DNA of 64,000 nt, taken from NCBI GenBank assembly GCA_965217865.1, contig CBDCJO010000002.1, positions 544,001 to 608,000 on the forward strand, read 5' to 3'. The notes under the pieces were generated by a model. That model had not been told where the DNA came from. It saw nothing but the letters and a program-made list of their open reading frames with translations, and did not search any database. This document shows, piece by piece, positions 1 through 11,343 of the stretch (position 1 is the first letter of the stretch; the number at the start of each line of letters is the position of its first letter). The translations under genes were made by a program, and so were the position numbers. This DNA comes from Candidatus Latescibacterota bacterium (GTDB lineage: Bacteria > Latescibacterota > UBA2968 > SICM01).

Positions 1-139
1 TGGCGCCGGAATTTCGATGCCGGCAGGTCTGCCGGATTTTCGTGAACTCGTGCTCGGTGTTTATCAAGAGCTCGATAAGGCAGTTCATAGGGTGATCGTG
101 GGCCTGCCGCATGACGTCTGCAACCAATGGGAAGACAGC

Positions 140-360
140 TGCTCAGGTGAGACGCAGCTGCGGTTCTGCTACGAAGCGGGTCCGTGCAGCTACGGTGTCT
201 ACCGTCAGCTGAAGGCCCTGGGGCATGACTGCACGGTGGTGGCGCCCTCGCTGATCCCCCGCAAGCCGGGCGACCGCATCAAGACCGATCGGCGGGATGC
301 GCTGGCGCTGGCGCGGCTTTTCCAAAACGGCGAACTGACCCCGGTCTGGGTGCCCGGCAG
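140..360 (+). pseudogene. IS110-family transposase N-terminal (DEDD) fragment
   Basis: ORF 17..397 contains [13 protein letters not shown]...[27 protein letters not shown]...LTPVWVP, then homology is lost. Confidence 0.85.
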
Positions 361-455
361 GCGGCGTAGAACTCGCCTTATCCACAGATGCCGGTGATTC
401 GGTAGAGTTATCCTCGCATATACGGGTAACACGTTTTCAGCCCATGACGCCCTAG

Positions 456-1983
456 CAGCCTGTTGAAAAAGTGCGTTTATGCCAAGATGACTGTTGTCTT
501 TCCTTGTGGTTTGGTCCTATGATATATCAGGTTCAAACTGAGAAGGGAGGACGAGCAAATGGCAATGGGAAAACGAGGACGACAGAGACAGGAAAACCTG
601 TTCATCGCATCGAACACTTTGGTGAAATCTCCGGGTCATCCGTTCTACGAGAAGCTGAATCAGGTATTGGGGGCGAACGGCTTCGACGAGTTCGTCGAAG
701 GGGCTTTGCCAGCGGTATTACGCTCCTCATATGGGTCGCAAGGGCATTCCGCCCGGGGTTTATTTTCGGATGCTTTTGATTGGGTATTTCGAGGGACTTG
801 ATTCGGAACGTGGGATCGAATGGCGTGTATCTGACTCGCTGACGTTGCGCCGGTTTTTGGGGTATGCCCTTGACGAACAGACCCCGGATCATTCCAGCCT
901 GTCTCGCATCCGGCATCGGCTTCCCTTGGAAGTTCACGAAGCGGTTTTCAAGTGGATCCTGAGGGTCTTGTGCAAAGCGGGTCTGGTGAAGGGGAAGACG
1001 TTGGGCGTGGATGCTACGACACTGGAGGCCAACGCCGCGATGCGCAGCATTGTACGCCGTGACACGGGTGAAGGCTACCAGGCATTCCTTGAGAATCTGG
1101 CCAAGGCCTCGGGCATTGAAACGCCTACCCGCGAGGACTTGTCCAAGATCGATAAGAAGCGACCGAAGAAGGGATCGAACCAGGACTGGGAGCACCCGCA
1201 CGACCCGGATGCCAAGATCGCTAAGATGAAGGACGGTCGCACGCACATGGCGCACAAGGTGGAGCACGCGGTGGATCTGGACACCAATGCCATTGTGGCA
1301 GTGGCGTTGTCGGGAGCAGATGAAGGAGATACCGAGTCGTTGTCCTGGACGCTGCTCGAGGCGCAGCTCAATCTCAAGCAGGTCGCGAAGGACGAAAAAG
1401 CTGCCAAACGTTTGCACAGACAGCGTATACGGGAGGTGGTTGCGGACAAAGGATATCATAGCAACGATGTATTGACCAGTCTGAAGCAAGGCGGCATCCG
1501 GAGTTACATTTCAGAACCGGATCGGGGACGCCGCAAGTGGAACGGCCGACGAGATGAGCAGGCCGCGGTATATGCGAATCGACGCCGGATCAAGGGAGAT
1601 CGCGGCAAGGCCTTGCGCCGAAGTCGTGCAGAACGGGTGGAAAGAACCATCGCTCACACATATGATACCGGTGGCATGCGCAGGTTGCACTTGAGAGACC
1701 GCGGCAATATCCTCAAGCGTTTGCTGATCCACATCGGGGGCTGCAACCTGGCTCTGCTCATGCGCAAAGTGATGGGCGTAGGTACTCCGAAGGCCCTCCA
1801 GGACCTGGCCAAGGCCTTGCAGCGTCTACTGCTCGTCCTACAATCACGCTTTGCTGCCCTCGGTCACCTTTTTAACCTCTTATCAGCGTCTCCTGCTCAA
1901 TCTCCTTACCTTGATTTATCCGACCCGCACTCCAGGCGTCTTTTCCGTTTATGTGTGTTGAAAGGTAGTTCTTCAACGGGCTG
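456..1983 (+). mobile_element. IS1182/IS5-like insertion sequence, copy 1
   Basis: Ends CAGCCTGTTGAA / TTCAACGGGCTG; CTAG duplicated at 452-455 and 1984-1987; near-identical inverted copy at 17192-18717. Confidence 0.93.
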
Positions 1984-1987
1984 CTAG
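559..1987 (+). pseudogene. DDE transposase (DUF772 + DDE) with a +1 frameshift near 700
   Basis: ORFs 559..801 and 731..1987; motifs SERGIEWRVSDSL, PDHSSLSR, VDATTLEANA, ADKGY; one extra A relative to copy 2; stop codon lies in the target duplication. Confidence 0.9.
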
Positions 1988-2164
1988 ACTGTTTTCTAAA
2001 CCCGATACGATGATGCTGGGAACTCCAGGAGGCTTACTTAGTTGCACTCCTATGTTTGAAATTGCCAAGTAACTGGTTTGTTCCTTTAAGATCTTTCGAC
2101 TAAGTTCCTTGGTCGTCCTGTATTCGGCAACTTTATCGTTGTAGTTGCGCATGCCTGTGTACAG

Positions 2165-3136
2165 GCTCAAGACGGTGATGGCCTGACGAACCTGCTGGAT
2201 CGATGTAAAGCTGGCGTTTCGGAGCGCTCTCTTCCATAGGATGCTGAACCAGATCTCGACTTCGTTGAGCCAAGAAGCGTGGGTGGGCGTGTAGTAGAGA
2301 TGGACGTTTGGGTGTTTCGGCAACCAGCGGTCGATCTTGGGCTTGTGGGTGTTCAGGTTGTCCAGGATGACGTGAATTTCCTGATCCGGGTAGTCCACTA
2401 CGAGTTCGTTCATAAACCTCAGAAACTGCCGTCGTCTGCGCCGCTTGAAGTGACCGGTTTTGACCAGCCCGGTCGCCACGTTCAGGGCGGCGAACAAGGT
2501 GGTCGTACCGTTGCGTTTATACTCGTGGTTGAAGCCCGTCAGGGCTTTGCCATTGGGCAGTTTGAGCCATCCCTGGGCGCGTTCCAGCGCCTGGATTGCA
2601 GGCTTCTCGTCTACGCAAAGAACTACGGCGTTCTCGGGCGGATCCAGGTACATGCCCACGATGGCGGCGGCCTTTGGGACAAACTCGGGGTCCGTGCTGA
2701 TACACCAGCTCCGGCGTCTGGCCAGAGAGATCTGGTGCTTGCGCAAGATACGCCAGACGTAGTGCTCGGAGATGCCCAGCTTTTCGGCAAGCAACGGACC
2801 CGTCCAGGTGGCGTATCCCTTAGGCGGCGACTTATCCAGGGCCGCCAGGATGCTCTTTTCGGTGGACGGGGTGTATTTAGAAGGTTTGCCGGGACGTGGC
2901 TTGTCCTGTAGTCCCTTCAGTCCAGCCTGGTGGAAGCGGCTCCGCCATTTGCTGACCGTCGCTTCGCGTGTGCCGAGTTCACGCGCGATGTCACGGTTTT
3001 GACCGCCGCGCGCAGCAGACAGAACAATACGTGCTCGCAAAACCAGTCGTTGCTCGGCCTTGCCCGAGCGGGTCCACGTTGAAAGCGTTTCGCGATCCTT
3101 GTCGCTGAGTTCTATAACCGGTGCGATCCTGCCCAT
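2165..3136 (-). pseudogene. IS630-family transposase, C-terminus replaced by unrelated sequence
   Basis: HTH N-terminus, LCVDEK, HEYKRNGT, ILDNLNTHK, YTPTHASWLNEVEIWFS; homology stops after IQQVRQAI. Confidence 0.88.
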
Positions 3137-3333
3137 AGCGGTGGTCTCCTCAGAGGGTGTGATCCAAGGGGAGCCAATCTATGGTCAGGAATATAATTAA
3201 TTACGCCTTATTGTGGTGTAGTGCTTTGATTGCTTTCGCATGCATCCTGTCCGTCAGATTAACGGCGGAACGCTTGTCTCCTGTTCCATCTGAGGCGGGA
3301 CAATGCGGTCAGGCTGCTTTATACATTGTCTCA

Positions 3334-5382
3334 CTACTCGACCCCCAGACTCTTGAACGCCGCATCTCGGGGATCGGAGTAGAAGCTGGTCTGAAACTTC
3401 GCGAACAACTCTCCGGGAATGGTCGGGATGTCCCCTACACTGGCCATGGGAAGCAGGATCTTCTTCGCGCCGGCGTCAAACGCTACTTGAAGTGACTCGG
3501 CCAGATTTTCAACTGGAATGATGCTGCCGCCGAGGCTCATGCTCCCCAGCACGACCATTTGTGATTGAACCGGTTTACCGAGGATGCCGGAACAAAGAGC
3601 CACAAATGCTGCAAGCGTCATTGTCGTAGTCGAGCCCGTGTTCTGGAGTTCAACCACATGCAAGTGCAAGTTGTGATCACCGGGTTTTGCCGAGGCACTG
3701 ACCGAAGAGGCGTTGGCTTTGAAATAGTCGAAGCCGACCTTGATACTTTCCTTTGCTGTGGTACTAGACCCCACGCCCGACAGTGTGAACTTGCCGTTTC
3801 CAGCTGTGACCTGTGTCTCGATCCGGTAGACCCCGAGGTGTCCACTGCTAGCGGTTGCGATGGTGTGAAGTACGCCAGGGTTGAGCGGGCCGTCAGGTAT
3901 GAGGGCGCCTCCACCCTGCTCAGGAACGCTGATAAACCGTTCCTCCAGCGTTTCCGGGTCGATGTAGGAAAAGTGGACATCGTAGAATTCCATCCCACCA
4001 ATCTTCTTCAACTGCTCTTTGACCCTTCGCCGCGTCTCAAGGGCGTATTCCAGGCAGCGCCGCACGGCTTCCCTGTCGTACTCTTCGTTGGGGTAGAGAA
4101 GCTTAAGCAGGCCAGAGACGGTGTGCCTGACCGCGATGGTATCCCGTTGATTCAGATCCCGTCCTGGCTTGAAGTATTTGTTGATCGCATCGCCGAAGTT
4201 CCTCTTGCGCATCTCACGGAGGAACGCAGCCAGATAGTCGACTATCAGCCCATACTGGTTAGTGAAAAACTCCGGCCGCATCTTCGGGATCTCCCAGCCT
4301 GGAATATAGGCGTGGAAGCGATCGAAAAATGCGGCGTCGATCATGGCCTCGGGAAACGGCGCAAAGAGATGACTCGTCTTGACCAGCGTGTCTACAGGCT
4401 GATTGATGTTTCCGACGAAGACCATCGACGCATCGGCGTTCACCTGATCACGACCCCGGGCGAATGATCCAGACGCCATATAGTCCTTCATGATCTGGAC
4501 GCCCGCATTGTCCTTGAAGCTGATTCCGGCGACCTCGTCGAAGGCCACTACATCCCACAGCCCGACCAGCCCTACGGTTCGGCTGGCCAAGTTGTAAAAC
4601 AGGTTCGCAACGGTGGTCTGCCCCCCGGAGACAAGGATGCTGTTCGGACTGATTTCCTTGTAGATATGGCTCTTTCCGGTTCCCCTCGGACCCAACTCGC
4701 AGACGTTGTAGTTGTTTTCCACCAGCGGTACAAGACGGCACAGCAGGTGCCACTTCGTACGCTCATCGAACTGCGTCGGCTCATATCCGCAGGAACGCAA
4801 CAACACATCAATCCATTGCGTCTCGGTAAACTGACGCCGCCCGGCGAACAGTTCGTCCATATCCATGTTCGGCATCTGGATTGGATTGAGCACATCGATA
4901 ATGAAAGGCGACCCTTTTTGCCCCTCCTCAAAAAAATAGTGCATCGTAATGATCGACCAGATCCCGCCAGCCAGTAACTTCTCGTATTTTCGGACCGTCT
5001 CCGTACCGATTTCGACGCCCTTCGTTCCCAGGTTCGACAAAAGCGCCTCGTAGACATCCCGTTTTTCATTCAGCTTGACCGTCACCTTATCGATAACCTT
5101 CAAACTACCCCGTTCGCGGATGGTGGATTTTACCTTTTCAGCCTCGTCGGCCCGCACGTAGTTTTCAGTGAGGATCCGCTTCACTGTAGCCAAGCCGTCC
5201 TCGATCACTACCGGGTCATTGGAGGCGCAGTAGTTACCCAGCAGATACTCGAGGACATAGACGGGAACATTCGCGCCTTCCTTGACCAGTTTGGTCAGGT
5301 CCTTGCGCACGACGCGGCCAGCGAATTGCGTATTGAGCAGATCGTCGAGATTGGGATCGGTTGCGGCAGTATCAAAAGTCAT
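3334..5382 (-). CDS. brxL: BREX Lon-like protease/ATPase BrxL
   Basis: 682 aa; GRVVRKDLTK..GANVPVYVLEYLLG N-terminus, ELGPRGTGKS Walker A, VAFDEV, Lon-like C-terminus; directly downstream of pglZ. Confidence 0.95.
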   Translation of the reverse strand: MTFDTAATDPNLDDLLNTQFAGRVVRKDLTKLVKEGANVPVYVLEYLLGNYCASNDPVVIEDGLATVKRILTENYVRADEAEKVKSTIRERGSLKVIDKVTVKLNEKRDVYEALLSNLGTKGVEIGTETVRKYEKLLAGGIWSIITMHYFFEEGQKGSPFIIDVLNPIQMPNMDMDELFAGRRQFTETQWIDVLLRSCGYEPTQFDERTKWHLLCRLVPLVENNYNVCELGPRGTGKSHIYKEISPNSILVSGGQTTVANLFYNLASRTVGLVGLWDVVAFDEVAGISFKDNAGVQIMKDYMASGSFARGRDQVNADASMVFVGNINQPVDTLVKTSHLFAPFPEAMIDAAFFDRFHAYIPGWEIPKMRPEFFTNQYGLIVDYLAAFLREMRKRNFGDAINKYFKPGRDLNQRDTIAVRHTVSGLLKLLYPNEEYDREAVRRCLEYALETRRRVKEQLKKIGGMEFYDVHFSYIDPETLEERFISVPEQGGGALIPDGPLNPGVLHTIATASSGHLGVYRIETQVTAGNGKFTLSGVGSSTTAKESIKVGFDYFKANASSVSASAKPGDHNLHLHVVELQNTGSTTTMTLAAFVALCSGILGKPVQSQMVVLGSMSLGGSIIPVENLAESLQVAFDAGAKKILLPMASVGDIPTIPGELFAKFQTSFYSDPRDAAFKSLGVE

Positions 5383-7983
5383 CAGTAATGGCTCTGTCGA
5401 TAATTACGTCCAGGCTCTCCTGCTCGATGCCCGTGTCGGCACCCCGGAGAACCAGCCGGTATGGCGTACGTTTATCGTACGGTCTGTCTCGCAGGGTCAG
5501 GATCACAGATTTCTGCCGCTCATCGAGGTTTGAGGACGTACTGTCAAATGTCATCGACCCGATGGTGGTTACGGGCTCATCGCCCTCGTACACGGCGATC
5601 TTGATTGTCACGGCCTTGACCCGCTCGCTCACCGGCTCCATCTGCAACACGTTGAAGCGGTGCTTGGGTGCCGTGATCTTGTGTGTCCTTCCGAGCACTT
5701 GCACCGCGACATGCTTGGACTGGGTTTTCTCGCGGTGGCCCTTGTCCTTGAGATGCTTCACCTTGATGACAGGCACCACAATTTCATGAAGCATCGCGCC
5801 GCCATGAACGAAACGCGCGCCACCGGTGAAATGAAAGCGGTTATTGCCCTTGGGAACCCAGAATTGCATCCCGCCCCCAGCCTCAGCGGTCACGGTCGTA
5901 TTACCCCGCCATGCCTGCTCGTGACGCGGCAGATCGTAGCCCAGGAGGTATCGTTTCTTCGCGATGACCGTGCCGTCTGGCTTGTCCTCCAGCCTGCTCT
6001 TGTCTGGGGCGCCCGGCGCCGTTTCGGTGAACAGAAAACCATGGTCCGCTGTGATCACTACATAATTGCCGTTGAGATTATTGACGACATAGCGGACGAG
6101 ATCGGCCAGTTCCCGGATCGTCTTTCTGACGGCCTCAAACGTATCCCCCCTCGGTGGCGGCTTTGTCGCCGCGTGCGTCAATCTCGTCATGGTAGATGTA
6201 GACGAGACGCTTGCCGGCAATGAACTCCCTGCCTTCTTCCTTCTTCATCGCGAGTAGCTGGTCGGCTTTCACGGCCATGCCGCCCCGAGTGCTCAGGATC
6301 CCGTTGCGTTGTTCGAGAGATGCCGTCGGCTTCCCGTCGGCCAGGACATCACCCTTCTCCGCATATTCGAGTTTCGAGTGCGGCAGGAGGCTCGCCATGC
6401 CCAGGGCGGTATAGGAAGGTAAAACACCCAACTGGGACGACAACTTGGCCTGGACCCGGTAGGTGCCATTCAGATAACCCGTCAGCTCTTCCGCGACTTC
6501 ATACCGCATGGCATCGCTGATAATAACGAAGGCCCGTCGGTTATCGGCTTCGGTCAGCCACGGGCCAACGTGTCGGTCAAAGAAGTGGTATTGGTTCTGC
6601 ACTCCATCGACCGCCCACCTCTCGGGTAGTTCCGCATCCACGAACTTGCCCCAGGCGAGCGCAATGGGGGTGAGGTACCCATTGCAGTAGCAGGCCTCGA
6701 TCTCCTCTCGAAGCGGCTTCAGCATATCCCAGCCCTGTCCGGCGGCCACATCGGCGTTCTCGCAGAAATGACGGTATAGCTGGTCAAAGCGAAACAGCTT
6801 GGATTCGTAATCCTTATACATCGCTGCCATATCAGGGGAGTCGAAGCCCGCCTCATGCGTGTTGCGCAGATGCAGGAGCTGCGCGGCGACCGCTAACGCT
6901 TTGTATACGGCGCGGCGGGCGTTCCGTTGGACCTCGGGCACCGAGCCCGAAGATAGCCAGTGTCCGGCCTGTCTGCGGTCGACGATGCTGCTGACAGCCT
7001 CGAGATCAATCGCATCGGTCGTTGAAGTCACACGGTCCAGCAACCCCTGCACGATACTTTTCTCCACATCAAGAAAAGTCGGCACATCAAGAAGAGCCTC
7101 GACTTCACAACCGTGCAGATGATCCGGTATATGCAGGCGCGCCCCGACCTCATCCGCCAACACGTTGTAGCTGCCACTCTTGCTGCTGCTGTCTCTCCAT
7201 TGGGCCAGGCAGACCACGGCATTCGCAGTGCCGGAACGTGGCAATTGGAGGTGCTGCAGCGCACCGGGCAGTTCCTTCGGAAGATGGTGAGCGTAATCCG
7301 ACACGAGCAGCCGGATAAGTAAATTCTTGCAGGGTTGGGCTATCCTCGCCGTACCCGAAGACGGCCTTGACCATCGCCCAGAAAGGCTCGTCGAGTTCGA
7401 ATCTCTCGATCTGGGCCCAGGCCAGGGGACCGGCTTCGAGATCGGGTGCATCACCCTCGGTCATAGAGTGGAACAAGGTTCGAACGATGTTGAATAACTC
7501 GGGCTGGTCGGCTTTCGCGACGACCGCCAGCATCTTGCGGTCGAGATCGAGTTCCGAGTCTTCGGGAGAGACGAGGCTCGTCAGCTTTTGCAGCCGCTCT
7601 TTGTTATCAAAAAACTTCCGGCGCTTTGCAAGATGCTGGCGAAGATACTGGTGAACCAGGCCGAGTTCCTGCAGGATGATGGAGGAGCGGTCTGCCCGGA
7701 AACTACGACCGTACAACCGCATGTCCAGCAGCCAGTCGTTTTCGTAGTCCGGCTCCTCAGCAGGTGAGTACAGCAGATATCGCCCAGCAGGATCGTCCTG
7801 TTCAATGCGAACCTTTGCTTCGAATGCTCCAACCTCGTCGAGCTTGAGGACCGCTACGCCTTCGAGAGCGATGTCCGGTAGCGATCCGGCGAACTCGCCA
7901 TCCGGGTCGTTCCAGAAGACGATACGAACGTGCTCATCGTCGAACAACTGGCGTAGGGCGGCGGTGATCTGTGCTACATCCAT
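5372..7983 (-). pseudogene. pglZ: BREX-1 phosphatase PglZ, split by two frameshifts
   Basis: Three overlapping ORFs (7150..7983, 6135..7454, 5372..6220): RIVFWNDP, IISDAMRYEVA, LPSYTALGMASLLP, ITADHGF, FVHGG; one shift falls in the C6 run at 6145-6150. Confidence 0.92.
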
Positions 7984-8985
7984 CAGTTTGCCTTGGCTCC
8001 TGTAACCGCCTTCACTTCGGCCAATAAATCGCCGAACTTGCCGTAATTGACCTTCACTCCATCGTCGAGGTCGAGGCTGATGCGTTGGTCCGCATAATGG
8101 CGCAGCTTTTCGTCAAACTCCCGAAGCTCCGATTGTTGCTTGACCAGTGTCGCCCGCTCTTTCTCCAGCCGATTGCGGTGAGCCGTCGAGGCCGCGGCGG
8201 CAATATCCCTCTCCAACTGGCGCACACGCGAAGCCATCATGCCCTGCAGCGGGATCACGTACTCGGTACGCATCCGGGCCAGCGTGCCTTCGTTGTAGCG
8301 GTGCAGGTAGACGAGACACTGGAAGGCCTTCTGCTTGCCGCTTGAGAAGAGCCAGTAGATGGGGCGCTTCTTGTAGGTTTGCAGATGATCCTTGAAGAAG
8401 CTGTCGCACAGGTAGCGGCGCAGCGTCTCACGGCTGGACTCGTTCTTCCCACGCTGCACGTTATCGGTCAGGAAGGTGAGGTTGTCTTCGAGATGGCCCT
8501 TGTCCCAAGCCGCCGAGATGAACTCGGTGCATCGGTGGGCGGCATCGTCGTCGAACCACTCGGTGTCGGTGAGTGGGACGATGCCGTCTGGGTCGGCAGG
8601 GAACCTGGTGTAGCGGCTGGGGTCGAAGTCTACGTTGCCGCTGTGGGCGTAGATCAGGCCAGGTACGTCCAGACTGTAGCGGCCCATCATGCAGCCGATG
8701 GCGTAAGAGATCAACTCCTTCATGGTGTCCGGCCGGAAGCGATCCCACTGTTCCTCTTCGGTGAGATTACCGCCATAGCGATAGGCGGGGTTCACCGTGA
8801 GGGTGATCTGCTCGATGGGAACGCCGGGGGTAAGTTCGTCTTGCAGGCCATAGGAGTCGATGAACAGGCGATTGTTCTCCTCTTCGAGACGCTTCGTCTC
8901 GGCGATGATATCGCGGTTCTGGGTGATCCATGCGGTGTAGCTGGATTTGAGGGTGGGTGCGGGATCGGAGGATGCCGTCAGGATG
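7983..8985 (-). pseudogene. pglX: BREX methyltransferase PglX, 3' fragment only
   Basis: EEENNRLFIDSYGL, LISYAIGCMMGRYSLD, YKKRPIYWLFSSGK, DLDDGVKVNYGKFGDLL; N-terminal MTase part is missing. Confidence 0.9.
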
Positions 8986-9229
8986 GGCCCGCTGAGGCAC
9001 GGAATCCGGCCCGTGTGCGACTTTAATTCGGAATCCGGGCAACGGTATGCGACCTCCACAAAAAAAGCGACCGTGGGGGGGTATGACTTACGGCCCGGCA
9101 CAGCGCCGGGTTTCGTTGATACCCTGGGGGCCACGGAGTCGAACGCGAGGATCGTGGTCGAATTCGGGGGAACTGGTCCGGCTCCAGTGAATACATACCG
9201 GGGGACGTTCCCAAACGTCGAACCAGGCT

Positions 9230-9332
9230 GTTAGCTGTCCGGGAGGATGTCGCCTCCAGTTGCGCGGGTCGGGTCGCAGGTCTCCGGCTCGGACCCGCCG
9301 CAGCTCTACTACGCGATCACGTGCCATGGGCA
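9230..9332 (-). pseudogene. ParB-like N-terminal fragment (phage/integrative element type)
   Basis: MARDRVVELRRVRAGDLRPDPRNWRRHP resembles the ParB-N signature; truncated. Confidence 0.55.
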
Positions 9333-9587
9333 TCCCCTTCCGCTCGGCCGGGGGGACCGCCGAAATGCACGGTGATCTCCGGCGGCTTGCGATCTTGCAG
9401 TTCCACCTGCTGCTGCGCGGCCGCGTACTGGTCCTTTCGCAGCCGGTCGCACACACGCCCGATGTCGCGGAAGACCTGCGTCGGGGACACCCCGACCCGT
9501 GTCGCGATCTCGCGATAGCTCCAGCCCCGCGATGCGCAGGCGCAACGTCAGCAGACACCACTCCTCCAGCGTTGGGTTCTGCGGCAT
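9315..9587 (-). pseudogene. Frameshifted HTH protein, possibly terminase small subunit-like
   Basis: RBS GGAGGGGA + ATG at 9587; after a frameshift it reads GWSYREIATRVGVSPTQVFRDI (HTH). Confidence 0.45.
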
Positions 9588-9818
9588 GGTGTTCCCCTCC
9601 TATCGTTTCCCCGGCCGCTCGTCCCTGAACATGATCGCCAGGTGTGGATTCCATGCTGGAGAGCCCTCGTAGAGGCGGCCACGAACCGGGCCTTCCGGAT
9701 CTCCCCGCACGCCTTGGGGGAACCGTGCGCGCCTTTGATAAGCCTTGCTAAAATCGCCGGAGAAGGCGTCGCTCGGGCTGGGACTGGGGGCTGCGCCGGC
9801 TACGGTTTCGGACTCCGG

Positions 9819-10131
9819 GCGCACGGCCGCTTCCGCTGTCCGGTGATCTGCCGTAAGACCGGACCCATCGGGTCCGGCTTCCTGTGAATACTTGCCGGAG
9901 GACCTTCCGAAACGTCGAAAGGACGCAACCGGGCTGTTAAACAAGGCCGACGCGGAAAACAGAGAATCAGAGAATCCGGAGGAGATATCTCTGCTCAGCG
10001 GACGCAACCCCCACGGTTGCGCTTGCAATCCCGATGGGAGCGCTTCGAAACAGAGAACCGGCAGAGAAGGGGGGAGGTGGCACAAGCGTTTGTGAATACG
10101 GCAGAAACGACAAGACCCCGAAGGGGTTGCC
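9819..10131. repeat. Dispersed hairpin-rich non-coding element, copy 1
   Basis: Aligns with 59312-59560 (shared GGCCGCTTCCGCTGTCCGGTGA, CAGAGAATCAGAGAATCCGGAGGAGATATCTCTGCTCAGCGGACGCAACCCC, CAGAAACGACAAGACCCCGAAGG). Confidence 0.9.
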
Positions 10132-10182
10132 CTACGGGGTTTTGCGTTAACGGACGACCGCCGAAGTTGGCGGATGGGAATA

Positions 10183-10228
10183 TGGCTCCCCATATGATCC
10201 TCTCCCCGGAACCATTCTCTGTTCGTCA
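10183..10228 (-). repeat. Isolated IS-end-like segment, inverted copy of 30612-30657
   Basis: 46 bp matching the reverse complement of CTGACGAACAGAGAATGGTTCCGGGGAAAGGATCATATGGGGAGCC with 1 mismatch. Confidence 0.75.
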
Positions 10229-10380
10229 GTCGTAACCTGCTGTGTTGAAAGGAGATATCGTGATTACGCCCGCGCCGCAGACGCGGAAGACAGCGTCAAG
10301 ACGACTTCCGCCCTTCAGGTCAAAACAGCCACTTCTCCGACATGGGATCAGGATATCCGGGTCGTCGTTACCCACGCTGT

Positions 10381-10689
10381 TCACCTTGGTGCTGACGGCG
10401 CGCCTTTCGTAGGGGCCAACATGAACTCAGTTCCAAACATATCGACATAATTAAACAAGCTTTTCTGCATCGTGCAATGGTCAAATGACACATCTGAAGC
10501 TGGGACTCCACTTGCTCCCCCCGTATTTTTAAACCTAGCGCCGTTGATATTCACAAACTCAAAATCTCCTCCTGAAAAATCCACATTTCGGAACACAGAG
10601 TCGTTCAGATTTACATAGCTGATTTGAGATCCTTTCATATTGACGTATTCCATCATCGTTTCTTGGATATCTTTCTTTCCGATCTTCAC
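10381..10689 (-). pseudogene. Pentapeptide-repeat protein, truncated
   Basis: RBS GAGGAGG + GTG; repeats VNMKG, VNLND, VDFSG, VNING, VDMFG. Confidence 0.6.
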
Positions 10690-11285
10690 CAGAGCCTCCT
10701 CAAGATTAGTGCCGATAAATGCACGCTGTGCTGATAAACGCACATGATTTGGTTTGCCCCATGTAGAAGTAGAACATTTTGCGAGTATTATAATGTCTAA
10801 CAATAAGATTACAGAATAATCCCTCTTAATGGCTCCTATAGATGTTTTTATAGCTATATCTATTCATCATATTGTGTCACTGCTGTCCAAGATAAATCAG
10901 AATTGGCCTTTTTTGGACAAGTAAGTGACTGTTTTTACACAATGCCCTCTGGCAGCTGAAATCCAGGTTGCACTGGCCAAAGATGCTGTCCAAAAGCCGG
11001 ATGGTCCGAAAGATCGGGCCTTTCATTGCACAACACATCCCGAAAAGCTGGGATTCAGGCGATTCGAAGAGGACCTAGCGGTTCGGGCAGTCTTTGATCG
11101 CCTATCTGATCCAAATGCTGTCCAAAGAAAAAACCGATTTTGGACAGGTATGATATCGCCCACAAACTGAACAACCCATTCGGATATGAGGACCCTTCGG
11201 ATATAGCCGTGGTTTCATCCTTTCTTTGCAGTGTGGGAAAATCTCAAGTTAAACTGTAACGGGGATACAATTCAAGGGAACAATA

Positions 11286-11318
11286 TCAGAGGGGCGGTCC
11301 TTGAGATCGCCCCTCTGA
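11286..11318 (-). terminator. Stem-loop downstream of the membrane protein gene
   Basis: TCAGAGGGGCG...CGCCCCTCTGA inverted repeat 25 bp after the stop. Confidence 0.6.
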
Positions 11319-11343
11319 ATCGTTGCCTATGGCCGGTCTGCGT

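Noticed and set aside
1-400. Functional IS110 with a bridge RNA
   Set aside because: Only ~70 codons of the DEDD domain remain; no element ends or RNA region are recognisable.
9600-10193. ORFs over the repeated element (also 58940..59716) as a protein family
   Set aside because: Indels between the copies shift frames and no domain is recognisable; shared peptide reflects the DNA repeat.
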